From the NCBI GenBank assembly GCA_038087875.1, contig CM075979.1, positions 8,866,001-8,930,000 of the forward strand: 64,000 nucleotides of DNA, written 5' to 3'. Positions 12,935 through 25,590 of this stretch are shown piece by piece. The notes under the pieces are model-generated. The model worked only from the letters and a program-made list of their open reading frames with translations, searched no databases and was not told the origin of the DNA. The DNA comes from Malacoraja senta. Its lineage: Eukaryota. The position numbers and the translations under genes are program-made. Within the stretch, counting starts at the first letter, position 1. The number at the start of each line of letters is the position of its first letter.

Positions 12935-13480
12935 GGCCAGTCAGATGAGGGATGTGGGGGGGAGGTGTGGGTGTGGGGGGGGTGGGCGGGGTGTGGGGGG
13001 GAGGGAGGATGTGGGAGGGGTGAGGGGGTGATTTGGGGGAGGGGTGTGTGGGAGGGGGGAGTGGTGTGGGGGAAGGGGGAGGGCTGTGGGGGCAGGGGGA
13101 GAGAGCTCGGAGAAAAGACTAGGGAAGAGCCATGGGAGAGAGTGCGGTATCACGGGGAGGGGGGGGGCAAGAGCCAGCGAGGGGGACCAGAGGGGAAGGG
13201 GTTGGCGGTGCAATGGGGACTCACAGCGGTCTGGTCGCTTCTCTGGCCGCTTAGCTGGTCGTTCTCCGCCTGGATCCGAGTCTCCGACTCCGTGCCGGGC
13301 TGGGTTGGGCCGTTTCCGGTCCCTCCCTTTGAAAATTGTGTCCGGTTGGAGACCTCCGCCGGCCATCCAGAGCCTCCCTCAGCTGCAGTAAAGACGTGAT
13401 GGCGCAGGAAGGGGTGGACCGTCCCTCGGAGTGACAATAGAAGGAACCAATCCGCGCGGCGCTGAATGGCAGGAGAGGCA
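12935..13480. promoter_or_regulatory. G-rich tract plus CpG-rich segment; candidate CCDC73 promoter or GC-rich TE
   Basis: G-run low-complexity at 12955-13200, CpG-dense at 13220-13465, CCAAT near 13447; 4.5 kb upstream of the first coding exon. Confidence 0.3.
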
Positions 13481-14399
13481 ATCAATCTGCATGAAAGTTA
13501 TTTCAGAAGATGGATACATAATCAATTGCAGATAACTGAACAGTCGATTTTCCCTTGGCCTTATAGTTTTTAGGCTATGTCTGTACCTTTTTATGGACAT
13601 TATATTATCTAATAGAACCTTGGACACTATTAAATTATAAATTAAAAAATCAGAATTTTTAGACAACTCAGCAATATCAGGTGGTGAACTATCTTCGAGC
13701 AGGAAACCAAGGTTATGCTTTAAGGAGATAAGCAAGGTAACAAAACTAGAGATTCAGGACAGTGTGTGTACTTTAATAACATGAAATTGTTCTTTCATTT
13801 AATAAATGAATTTCTTTGCATCCCTTCAATGATGAGTTCATTTCAGTGAGCTAAATGAGAATACTAAAACACTTTCTCACTCTTCATCCTTGCCATAGCT
13901 GCAAAAAAACACTTTATCATAGGCACTGTTTGCTATTGTTCATAGGGCCATGTTGCTCCATTTAGTAATTCTGACAAAAGCAATGTATAATTTAAACAAA
14001 TAGATCAAATTGGCACTTAAGATTTTTCATCTATTAAAGGCACTGACTCCTTCTAGATTACATTCCATACATACTGGCAATTTACTATGAATCATGTGGC
14101 ATCACACTCTGTATGGTTCTGTCCTAGCATGGGTCACCAAGCAACCTCTGGGAGAGGGAATGCTGCTTTGATTTTCCCTCTCTTAAGGAGCACAGGCCTA
14201 TTGCAGCAATCCTGTCTCTACACTGGTTAAAAACAGCATAATTGTTTTGAGATTGAACTGCTGCCATTGAAGTCAAGGCGCAAACCTTGATGAGTATCGT
14301 GTTTCAGTCATGAAGGTGAGTAGTGACAAAGTAAGGTTTTTTTCCCTATACCTTATGGTCTTAGTCGAAGGAAGTAGTCATAAACGTTATGGAGCCTAG

Positions 14400-15790
14400 G
14401 TTAGAGGTGTGCTCTCGCAGGATGTTGGAGATCAGGGATAGTTCCAATATGCCTGATGATTACACCTGCTGGAAGTGTATTTGTCACAGCCCCTGGCTGG
14501 CCACTTAGGGCAGTTAGAGAAGCAGATGGACTTGCTGTGGAGCACCTGGAATGTAGATAATGCAGTAGATAGTAGATATAGTGAGCTAGTCACTCCACAG
14601 ATATAGAACAAAAGGAGATGGGTGACAATCAGGGAAGGTAGGCAGGTTGTGCAGGAGTCTCCTGTGGTCATTCCCCTCTCTAATATCTATTAAGTGTTGG
14701 ATACTGTCTGGATGGGGATGGGAATGGTGTGGGGGAATGGCCTTCAAGAGAACAACAGCAGCATAACCCCCAGTCTGTGCCACTGTGGTGGGCACTGCTG
14801 TTTAGTAGGTGAGGTGGGGATGGTGTTGGGGGGGGTGGGGGGGGAAGAGTGGGAGGGAGCATGGAGGAATCGGGACTGGGAGAGTGTGATAGGGGATTCT
14901 GTATGGGGATTGGTGAAGCCACCAAAGAGACTCCAGGTTGGTATGTTGCCTCTTTGGTGCTAGAGTCAAGTTTTCCAGAAGAAGAGCTGCAGTACCACTT
15001 CTGTTTCCAATTTAAGTAATATCTGACTTACGCAAGGCTCCAAGGTAAGTAACCCGTATGTAACTTGGTGAGCATCTTTATAGAATCTTTAGGCAAAACA
15101 AAGTGGTGAGTAAAAGGGGAGGGGGCATCGCACTATTAGACAAAGATTGCATTACTTCATTATTGAGGGAGGCTATCCTGGAAGGCTCCTCAAGCGAGAC
15201 TGTGGGTAGAGATTAGAAAGAAAAGGTTCCGTCTGTCACTTTGGTGCAGATCCTATCTGATGGATTTGATTTAATTCTTTTGAAGAGGTACCAATGTATC
15301 GATGAAGGCATGTTAATAGATACGATCTACATGAACTTTAGGAAGGTGTTTGACAAGGTCCCATGTGGGAGACTGGTTCAAAGGATTAGGGCATATACGA
15401 TCCAGGGCATGTTAGCAAACTGAATCCAAACTGGATTGTCAATAAGAGACAGGGTGATGGTAGAAACTTGTTTTTGCGAGTAGGTGCCTGTGGCTTCTTA
15501 TGTACCGCAAGGATCAGTGCAGAGACCCTTGCGGTTGTGATATCCGTGAGTGACTTGAAGTTGGATGTGGGGGGACGTGGGCAGATGACATGGAGATTAG
15601 CAGTTGTTGATAATGGGGAAGGTAGTCTTATGCTGCAGAAAGTTGTCGATGTGTTGGTGAAATGAACAGAAAAATGGTAGAGTTTAATACAAACAAATGA
15701 GGTGATGCATTTTGTGAGTACAAATGAGGCCAGGCCACACACCATGATTGGTAGGGGTTGGGGGAGTATTGTGGAACAGAGGTAGCTTGG
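14400..15790 (+). mobile_element. Decayed CR1 LINE with internal deletions (ORF1 esterase remnant + RT pieces)
   Basis: VIGDS (GDSL-like) at ~14886; IYMNFRKVFDKVPCGRL RT segment at ~15320. Confidence 0.75.
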
Positions 15791-15872
15791 ACTTTCATGT
15801 GCTGTACAATTCTATGACAAACTCTTGTAACCTTTTGTTGTTCATTGATCATAATCACATTGATCCATTAAA

Positions 15873-16599
15873 GACGACCTAATCCTCGAGTCCAGAAGAG
15901 AGTCTTCGACCTTCAAGCTCGAGGGCACTCTCCTGGAAAGCTTCGAGTTGGATCGACCGGCCGCGTTGAAACCGCGAGCTGCATCGACCGAACCGCGAGC
16001 TGCATCTACCGACCACACACACACACACACAAACACATCGCGAAGGTGGGGGCCAGGGAAAGCAGAGGAGCGCTGTCTGCGCGATGAAGAGGAAGGTAAA
16101 CGGCTGCCACAGTGTATGGTAAGTCCTTTAGAGAGCGGAGAGAGAAGTGGAGAGAGGGGGAGAGAAGGGGGGGGGGGGGGGAGAACGAGTAGAGACACTT
16201 TTAATAAGTTTAATAAAGTTTAGCGGGCATTTTACCTACCGGTAGGTCTTCCTAGGTCCTGAAACTCCAGTGAGCCAATCAAAATGCCCGGTCAGCGAAG
16301 GAGATTGCCTACGGCTGCCCTCGACTGCCTGTAACTAAATAGCGACCCCACTCCACTGCACTATGAGTTAAAAAGAACCATGCTGACCAAATTTTACTCT
16401 CGGAAATTTTTTCAATATGCTGAAAAAATTTCCGCGACCTAGATGAGGCCGCGTGTATTCGGGAACTTCCCTCAAGCATGAAGGAGAGTTCCAGCGACCT
16501 CACTGGACCTCCTAGGACCTCGTGTCGAACATGCTGCGAGTTTGAGTCGAGGGCAAACTTCTAAACTCGCAGATTAGGTCGCCCAAGTGGGACAGGCCC
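15873..16599. mobile_element. Non-autonomous DNA transposon, PIF/Harbinger-like, left tip missing
   Basis: Right end GATTAGGTCGCCCAAGTGGGACAGGCCC; left CGACCTAATC is its inverted subterminal counterpart; CpG-rich interior. Confidence 0.6.
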
Positions 16600-17289
16600 G
16601 TTAACCTACAGAAGCATGATAGTAAAATGAGGAGGTCTGCAAAATTAGGACCTTTTAAATCATATTATAAAAACAGTTATAATAGTAATCTTTATCAGGA
16701 ATGAATAAATAAATTAATTAATAATACATTTACAATTGTGATCTTTGCGTATATCCTGCGGTTGCTAATATTTAGTACCTCACTCAGATGAACATTTGTA
16801 ATATGATAACTTGATATGAGTCATGCGTTGTTTTTCAAAAGTCAAGGATAAAGCCAATGTATTTTTTACGTTTTATGGGCTGGTGACAAGTGTAATAAGA
16901 TGTTCCCATCAACTGTGCTGTTTATGTAACTGGTACTTTTATTCTTTGTGTGGTTACTAATTAACTTTTGAGCCAGTTTGGATTTGGCCAACGTCAGCTG
17001 ATTACATTGTTGAGAAAATGGAAATAAGATACACATTAGTAATGCGTTCCTGCATTTTTATTATTTCGCTGGCTATTTTCACATAAAAACACAACTACAC
17101 AGAAAACAAAATGTGATGTTTTTATTATTCAATAGAACAAATATAGGAGCTCCTTGGGTTACGAATGACTTGTGGAACTTTACACAAATTCTCCCATGCA
17201 TTTTAAAGCATTTTCCAATTAGTAATAATAACATTAAAATGTTTTGTGGTACTCTGAAATGACCAAGAAATGTTTAAAAAAAACATTTA

Positions 17290-17465
17290 AATGTTTCTTC
17301 CCACATTGCAAAGGCACGCAGGATTGTAGTTTAATTGGCTTTTATGCATTGTCCCTAGTGTGTAGGATAGAATTACTGTAGTGTATGTGTGATCATTGGT
17401 TGGCGTGGACTCGGTGGCCCAAAGGGCCTGTTTCCATGCTGCATCTCTGAATTAACCTAAGCTAA
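17290..17465 (+). mobile_element. HE1-like SINE 3' part
   Basis: Matches the 3' half of copies at 25285-25590 and 63635-63880. Confidence 0.75.
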
Positions 17466-17933
17466 AATGGTTCATAAAACACTATTCAAATGTGTAATTC
17501 TCCAAAGTATTCAAAACACTTCTATTAGTAGTAAGGACAGTAGAAGAAACAGAGCAACATCAAGGTACGGTATCTCTAAAAGTGAATTAAACTTAAGATT
17601 TGCTCCATCCACCTAGCGGTCATTCCGTGAAACAACAGATTTGGTCTGCTATAACCGAAATTTGTTATAAAGAGGTCTGTAATACTGAGGGTTTACTGTA
17701 CATAGTTTTGAAATTGCATTTATCTGTTTATTTTTTTTGTCATTTTTAGGCTTGAGCCTTAAAACTTGGTCTATTTAATAAATCCCAGTTTTATTTTTTT
17801 CCTTCCGAGATTATGCTTCATTGCTGGAAAAAAATTACATTAGATAAAATTATGTATTTTGGATAAGAATATATAATTTCAGTCCTATTATTTTATTAGA
17901 AAAAAACCGCTAAATAATTTTTTTGTTGCATAG

Positions 17934-18092
17934 ATGGACAACAAAACAACAGGAAAATTAGAAGGTTCAAACACTGGATTACGCATTACCTATAACTTTC
18001 AGAGCCCTGCTCCAGCTGTACTTTGTTCTGTTCATCAGCTGGAATTTAAAACTAGCCTTTTGGAAGTGGTTGAGGAGCTTCATATTTGTCGT
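17934..18092 (+). CDS. CCDC73: CCDC73 coding exon 1 (MDNKTTGKLEGSNTGLRITYNFQSPAPAVLCSVHQLEFKTSLLEVVEELHICR)
   Basis: T-rich tract + tag|ATG; 159 nt open frame; donor CGT|gtaagt. Peptide resembles recalled mammalian CCDC73 N-terminus (LDFKTSLLEALEELRMRR). Acceptor directly before the ATG implies upstream non-coding exon(s). Confidence 0.9.
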
Positions 18093-18199
18093 GTAAGTAA
18101 AGCATTTTAGTGCACAATAATGCAAACTTTTTATATTTCAAGTTTTTGTCTCATATTCTTAATATATGAAAGTGAAAACGTTATGGATTTATTTATTTG

Positions 18200-18510
18200 C
18201 ATTACTCCAGTGCTGACATGTAAGGAATATTATCTTTCTGATGAGACATTAAACTGAAGCCCCTCTGACCTCTTGGTAGACATAAAAGATGATTTTGGAA
18301 CAATCAAAGAAGCAGAAGATTTTGGCTGGTCTCCTGTCCCAGCCATCCCTCAATCAACATCACTAATTATTTGATTATTTAACTCCTGACTTTTTGTGAG
18401 ATTTTGCTGTATGGAAATTAGGAGAGACATTTATTTGATACTACAACAGTTCACATATACTTCACTGGCTTCAAAATCCTTCAAAAATACTTTAAAGGCT
18501 GTTAAATCTT
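18200..18510 (+). mobile_element. Ancient Deu-domain SINE remnant (SacSINE1/AmnSINE-like)
   Basis: TGATGAGACATTAAACTGAAGCCCC...TAAAAGAT...GAGATTTTGCTGT resembles the recalled DeuSINE core. Confidence 0.5.
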
Positions 18511-19554
18511 TGGAATGTCTTGGGGTGATAATGCTTGCTATTTTCCTACCAAGTTAGAAAAATCAAGCTCACTCCATTACTTCAACATCAGTTTGGATAA
18601 AAGGTTATGGGTCTCGTGGCCATACAGGTTTCGTGTAGATGAGCAAAAAGATTGGCATGGGCTTGGTGAGCATAAGGACCCGCTTCTGCTGTGCTGTAAA
18701 AGTCTACGACTCCACGGATATTGTGATGTCTAATGCAATACCTGAATTGATCTGTATTTTGGAGTTGCCATTTTGTTGAAGGAGAGCAGGAAATATTCTT
18801 AACGTCCCTTAGAATATTTAGCTTTTTAACATACACTGCCAGGCAGGTTAATTTACCATTTTCTGATTGCAGTTTCAAAAATGTAATATATTTAAATTAC
18901 CAGCTTTTTGTTTACTTGTGAAATAATGGTCAATAATTGATATTTTAAACGTTATGCTTGGCTGACAGTGACATTCTAGTCTTGTAATTCTGTTTCATTC
19001 TGTTTATAGATTTTCTGTATTCATTGATAATCACTTTTGAATTTGTTCTAAGAAGGTAGATAATGCTTGAAAAACTATATTTACCTAATATTCGTTGATG
19101 TTTAGAAGAATGAATGGTGATCATTGAAATGTCTGAGATTCTGAGGATCATTGACAGTGTAGGTGCTGAGGGGATATTTCTCCTTGTGGAAAAATCTAGA
19201 ACTAGGGACCAGTTTCAGAACAAAGGGTACCCATTTAAGACTGAGGTAAGGACTATTTTCTCCTGAGGAATAGAGATTTTTTGAAATTATTTATCCTGGA
19301 GTACTGTAGAGCCTAAATCATCGAATATATTAATGGCTGGGAAAGACTGATGTTTATAGTATAGGAGTTTTGAGGGTTATGGGGGATGAGCAGGAAACTT
19401 GAGCTGAGGCCAAGATCAGATTACAATCATGATCATATACTGTAGATGTCTCAAGGGCATATTTCTTATGTTCTTATCATTCATTCTTAATTACTCGAGA
19501 AAGTGGTAGTGAACCATTTCTATGAAAGTGACAGTCCTAAAGTTGATGGAGAAT

Positions 19555-22142
19555 TCCAGTACTTTGACCCTTTATGTTACCTGCCCCACCAGATGGGAGA
19601 GAACAATCGATCACTGTTACACTTCAATCAAGAACGCATATCGCTCTGTTCCCCCTGGCGGCTCTGGGTCTCTCTGATCAATGTTTAGTTCACCTTATTC
19701 CGACCTACAGGCAGAAACTAAATTCTGCTAAGCCTGTGGTCAGAACAATGAAAAGGTGGGCAAGCGAGGGCATTGAAAACCTACAGAACTGCTTTGACTG
19801 CACTGATTGGAATATGTTCGGGGAAGCAACCACAAGCCTCGATGAGTATACAGACACTGTGACATCATATGTCAGCTTTTGTGAGGACGGTTGCATTCCC
19901 ACTAGGACTAGGATCTGGTTCAACAACGACAAGCCCTAGTTTACAGCAAAACTCAGACAGCTCCGCCAGTCTAAAGATGAGGCCTACAGGAGTGGGGATG
20001 CAGACCTCTACAGTCAGGCCAAGTACAAGCTAAGAAGAGGAATCAGAGCTGCCAAGAAAAGGTACTCTGAGAAGTTGAGGAGCAAGTTCTCAGCTAGTGA
20101 CTCTTCTTCAGTTTGGAAGGGCTTGCAAAAAAATCACTAGCTACAAGAGGAAAGCCCCTCGCTCCTTGGACAATCGTCAGCTGACCAACGCCCTGAATGA
20201 GTTCTACTGCAGATTCGATAAACATAAACTTAACATCATAATATATAACATCAGTCTGAAGAAGGGTCTCGACCCGAAATGTTGCCTATTTCCTTCGCTC
20301 CATAGATGCTGCCTCACCCGCTGAGTTTATCCAGCATTTTTGTCTACCTTAGAAACGTAATCCTGGTACCTCCTCACCAAACAACACTTCACACCGATTC
20401 ACAGCCTGACTCCAGATTGCAAAGACTGGACCCTTCCCCACCCACTCCCCCCCAACCACCACTTCACACCTACTTACAGCCTGACTCCAGTCTGCAAAGA
20501 CTGGGCCATCGTCCACTACCCACCCCCTCCTTACTGCCCAACATCAATCTGGCCACTTCTCCATCACTAACAATAGAAATGAAGGAGGTGGAGAGGCTGT
20601 TCAGAAGACAGAAAAACGGAAATCTCCAGGTGTTTCCCCCTCTACCCTCAAGCTCTGTGCTGAACAACTGGCACCGGTTTACACAGACATTTTCAACCAG
20701 TCCCTGCAAACCTGTACTGACCCTGCCTGCTTCAATGTCTCCACTATTGTCCCTGTACCCAAAAATACAAGGTTTACTGGTCTTAATGATTACAGGCCTG
20801 TCGCACTGACCTCTGTAGTCATGAAAACCCTTGAAAGACGTGCTAGCTGAACTGAAAAATATCACAAACCTCCTGCTGGACCCTCTGCAGTTTGCAAACC
20901 GGGCCAATATATCGATGGATGATGCAGTGAACCTAGGCCTGCACTTCATCCTCCAGCACCTAGACCGCCAGGGGACCTATGCAAGGATTTTGTTTGTTGA
21001 TTTTAGCTCTGCATTCAACACCATTGTGCCAGAGCTACTACACTCCAAACTCTCCATGTTGACTGTGCCTGAACCCCTCTGTCAGTGGATCACCAACTTC
21101 CTGACAAACAGGAAGCAGCATGTGAAGCTGGGAAAGCACATCTCGGACCCGCAGACCCTCAGCATAGGAGCACCGCAAGGTTGCGTACTCTCTCCTCCTT
21201 TACTCTCTCTGCACCAACGACTGCACCTCCACAGACTCCTCTGTCAAGCTTCTCAAGTTTGCGGATGACACAACCCTGATTGGACTGATCCAGGATGGGG
21301 AGGAATCTGCCTATAGACAGGAGGTGACACAGCTGGCGTCCTGGTGCCTTCGTAACAACCTGGAGTTCAATGCTCTTAAGACAGTGGAATTGATTGTAGA
21401 CTTTCGGAGAGCTCCCCCTCCCCTCCCCCCACTCACCATCAACAACACCACAGTCACATCTATGGAGTCGTTTAATTTCCTTGGAACCATCATTTCCAAG
21501 GACCTGAAATGGGGGTCACCATCAACTCAACAAAGAGGCCCAAGAGGATATACTTCCTGCGGCAGCTGAGGAAACACAATCTGCCACAGGCAAAGATGGT
21601 CTAATTCTATACGGCCATCGTAGAGTCTGTCCTCACCTTCTCCATCATGGTCTGGTTTGGCTCAGCCACCAAGCACAACATCCAGAGGCTGCATCGAATT
21701 GTCCGATCAGCTGAGAAGGCTGTTGGCTGCAACCTTCCCCTCCATTGACGAACTGTACACTGCAAGGGCCTGGAAGCGAGCGGGTAAGATCATCTCTGAC
21801 CTCTCTCACCCTGGCCACAAACTCTTTGAAGCACTTCCCTCTGGAAGGCGACTCCGGACTGTCATAAAAACAGACATTAAAAACATAATGTCCAAACATA
21901 AAAACAGCTTTTTTCCACGAGTAGTAGCTCTACTCAATAACCAAAAGTCTGTAGCCTCGTTTTGCTCTGGTATATTATTTCAATCACATGTTTAAACTGT
22001 AATGTTTTATTATTAATGTTTACAATTTTATGTGTCATTCTTAATTGTTACGGAATGTCGTGTGGTTACTTGTGAGCGGAGCACCAAGGCAAATTCCTTG
22101 TATGTGTACATACTTGGCCAATAAACCTATTCATTCATTCAT
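19555..22142 (+). mobile_element. Rex1/Babar LINE, 5'-truncated, frameshifted
   Basis: LDPLQFANRAN, YARILFVDFSSAFNTI, GAPQGCVLSP, KFADD; AATAAA + (ATTC)n tail; nested Penelope-derived unit at ~20225-20350. Confidence 0.92.
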
Positions 22143-23529
22143 CGAGGAATTTAAAATGTATCTATCAAAACGCTAGGTAATATGGATGGGAACTTGCAAC
22201 TGATAGAGTTCCATTATGTTGCTAAACATGATGCTCTTGTTGGTTAATGTTATTGATAGAAAAAGTGCTGTCAATATAAGCTTGGCTGGCTGTTGTACTA
22301 AATTCTACATTTGGTGCATACTGCAGCCACTATAGTCCTCCCATTGATAGTACATTTGAGGATTAGTGGCAAGAGACCAACCTGATGAATTCTGTTATCC
22401 TAGGCAATTTTGGACTTGAATATTATGTCAGCTTTACATCCAGGCAAGTGGAGAATTTGGCACTGTGATGTTGAAAGTTACTTTATTGGTGATGTGGACA
22501 TGAGTCTTGACCAGATAAACTACCAATGGCCTGGAAACTGAGTACTCCAGGGCAATGTTTGTCATAGTCAGGGATTTCAACCAGAGCAGCCTCACAAGTG
22601 AGCTAGCAAAATATTATTAATATGTCTCCTGTCTCGTCAGAGGCTCAAACACCATCAACCACTGCTGCGTAAGCATTAAAGAAGCTTACCTCTCCGTCCT
22701 CCTGCATTTTGGAAAATCAAACCATACGGCCTTACTCCTGACAAGCTTACAAGTTGAAACTGAAGCAAGAAATTGTGTTATGCTAGTCTGATGGAATAAA
22801 TGACTCCTGTGTGACTGCCTGACGTTGGTGAACAGGTTTACATTCCAGTACCCAGCCAAAATGCAGACTATTATCAGTATATAGAGGACTACATGCCAAA
22901 GAAGTCATTCTGAGTGTTCCACAACTATAAACCACTCCTTATTGACGGCAAAGTCTGAGGCTTTCAAGCCGGGTAACTCTGACCTGTACAGGAAATACGA
23001 CCTTTGCAAAGTCATTAGACTGACCATACAGACACCCATCGATTGTGGTAAGGTTTGAGTGCTGTAATGAGCTGCAAAGCGAAGTTGGGCAGAATCTTTT
23101 GTAACAAAGCATCCCTCCCCGATGAGTCCTATGCATTCAGTGTTCATTTTGAATAGAAACTCAATGGAATGTCATCACCCACCCCAACAGCCTTGCGGTC
23201 ACCTATGCAGATGTCAGATCAACCTTTCCTGAGATTGTATCCTCGTAAAGCAACTAGCCTGGAGTCCCCGGCCGTCTCCTCCGAACCTGCACGGACCAGC
23301 TGAAAGGAGTATTTGCAGATGCATCTAACCTCTCCTTACTCCAATGTGAAGTCCCACATGCTTTAAGAAGAGCACTATCATGGTCCTGAAAAGCGCTATA
23401 TAAATAAAATATATTATTATTATTATTATTATTCTGGTGTCAAAGAAAAAGAATGTCCCTTAATGTAAGAGACATCTTCTTGTGTATGGCATGCACAGCC
23501 TAAAGTTGTAGGTCAACTTGCTCTATTTG

Positions 23530-23750
23530 GCAATAGACAATAGACAATAGGTGCAGGAGTAGGCCATTCGGCCCTTCGAGCCAGCACCGGCATTCAATGT
23601 GATTATGGCTGATCATCCCCAATCAGTACCCCGTTCCTGCCTTCTCCCCATATCCCCTGATTCCGCTACTTTTAAGAGCCCTATCTAGCTCTCTCTTGAA
23701 AGCATCCAGAGAACCTGCCTCCACCGCCCTCTCAGGCAGAGAATTCCACA
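23530..23750 (-). mobile_element. CR1 3' end with (CTATTGT)n tail, nested in the ribozyme SINE
   Basis: WNSLPERAVEAGSLDAFKRELDR on minus strand. Confidence 0.85.
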
Positions 23751-23784
23751 TCTTGTTTGATTGCATTAGTTCCACATCTTGTTT

Positions 23785-23838
23785 GATAGCATTAGTCGAA
23801 ACAGGGTGGACAACGTGAAGGCTGCAATCTCCCACCCC
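23785..23838 (-). ncRNA. Minimal HDV-like ribozyme, family 2 (degenerate P3/P2)
   Basis: GGGGUGG-GA-GAUUGCA-GCC-UUCACGU-UGU-CCACCCU-G-UUUCGA-CUAA-UGCUAUC. Confidence 0.68.
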
Positions 23839-25284
23839 AAAAGAGACATGGTGCACATCAACTCCAGACTCCCAGACAGCCTTGATCCATTGCAATTTGC
23901 CAACTACCACAGCAAGTTTATGGCAGACACCATCTCCCTGGTTCTGTACCCATTCCTGGAACATCAGGATAACAAGGAGGCCTACTTCAGACTCCTATTT
24001 ATTGACAATAGCTCCACCTTGAATACCATAATTTCAATTAAACTCGTATCCAAACTCCTGGACTTAGGATCGGCATCCCCTCTGCAACTGGATCCTCGTC
24101 TTTCTGACCCACAGACAGCAGTCGGGCAGAATAACCAAAAGTTTGAAAGCAAGTACTACGAGATTCATGAGCCGCTTTCTTCTTGCTGTTATCAGACTCT
24201 TCAACAGACCTCTCACATGTTTTCAAACAGATCTCTCAAGGATAAATTCCTGATCTTCCAGCCAACCATGTTGCAACCTTTGTTGTTTTTATCTGCACTT
24301 TAAAAATTTAAATTCATCAATATGTTTCTGATTTTCTCCTGCCTTGACGTACTTGTGTATGGTATGATTTGCCTGGATAGCACGCAATAATTTTTTTTAA
24401 TTGTTTCTCGGTAGATGTGACGATAGTAGACCAATACCAATACTAAGATCACCAAATGGCAAGTATTAGTCAAATGAATTAACTGTTACAAACCACCCCA
24501 ATCAAGGATCTTGCCAGGTCTTGCTGAAAGCTGGTATCGTGAGTTGAACATTGCAAAATCATTGAGTGATTTAAAGAGAAAGAAGGTATTTATGGTACAA
24601 GTTGAGATGTTTGAGCTAAAGTCACAACCCTAAGATACTGTTTCTGTGTTTGCAGAGGGCTGCATGGTTTGCTGTCCTGAATCATGTTTTTTTTTGCTTA
24701 TGTTTGGAAACACTCCAGCCACTGGAAAGATTCTTTATATTTCTGAATAATGTCAGCTGTTGAATGCCATCTTGAAGTATAGGTTTCTGGCGTCTTCTAT
24801 TATTTAGTTCTGCCATCTATGCAAGTAGGTATCATTTGATCTCATCAGATAGTAGGGCTTTCAAAGTATTTTACTGGAAAATATTACTTTCCACTTGGCA
24901 ATGCACAGAACCTCCAGCGTACATATGTGAATGTAAATCTCCTGAAGTGTTGTTCATCGTCACAGTGCTAATGCTCTGTTGCTAAAGGATAGGAATGTTC
25001 AATGTATCATTCGGCTGCTATGAAGTCTAACTGCTTCCAAAAGATCAAAGTTTGGTGGTTGTTTTGATGAGGGAACTTTCCAGAAGTGCTTATCTGCTTC
25101 AAATACAGGATGAAGATAATTAGCAAAACAGTCATAGAGGAAATAAACAAAATTTATTGTATGCTGTTAAATGGTAGTGGAGCTAGATTTGATGTAACTT
25201 TCAATATGGAATTGAATATGTACTGAAATATGAATAGAAAAAGTGTGTCACTATGACTGATATAGCAATGGGACAGGGGATAAT

Positions 25285-25590
25285 TTAGTTTTAGTTTTTT
25301 TTAGTTTTAGATACAACGCAGAAACAGGCCCTTCGGCCCACCGAGTCCGCACCAACCAGCGATCCCAGCATATTAACACTGTCCTACACAAGGGACATTT
25401 TTTTACATTTATTCCAAGCCAATTAACCTACAAACCTATAGGTCATTGGAGTGTGGGAGGAAACTGAAGTTCTCGAAGAAAACCCACGCAGGTCACGGGG
25501 GGCACAAACTCCGTACAGATAAGCCATGATCGAACCCGGGTCTCTGGCGCTGTAAGGCAGCAACTCTACCGCTGTGCCACCGTGCCACCC
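25285..25590 (-). mobile_element. HE1-like tRNA-derived SINE, full length
   Basis: Minus 5' GGGTGGCACGGTGGCACAGCGG (A box), GGTTCGATC (B box), CR1-like tail with TAAAC/A repeats. Confidence 0.85.

Larger units (their letters stand above)
23476..23840 (-). mobile_element. Ribozyme-headed SINE-like retroposon, family 2, interrupted by a CR1 3' fragment
   Basis: TSD AAGAGACAT at 23467-23475 and 23841-23849; aligns to 60579-60719 on both sides of the 23530-23750 insert. Confidence 0.8.
22520..24440 (+). mobile_element. Older Rex1/Babar LINE remnant hosting nested insertions
   Basis: DSLDPLQFANY...YFRLLFIDNSSTLNTI; highly decayed; contains an L2 tail, a ribozyme SINE and a CR1 insert. Confidence 0.75.

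Noticed and set aside
12941-13485. Overlapping 110-144 aa ORFs
   Set aside because: Products of G/C-rich low-complexity sequence; no domain or splice structure.
14080-14370. Possible RTE 5'UTR or partner element of the ribozyme SINEs
   Set aside because: Only a vague resemblance; no ORF, fold or shared tail found.
25500-25590. tRNA gene
   Set aside because: tRNA-like head of a SINE, not a full cloverleaf.
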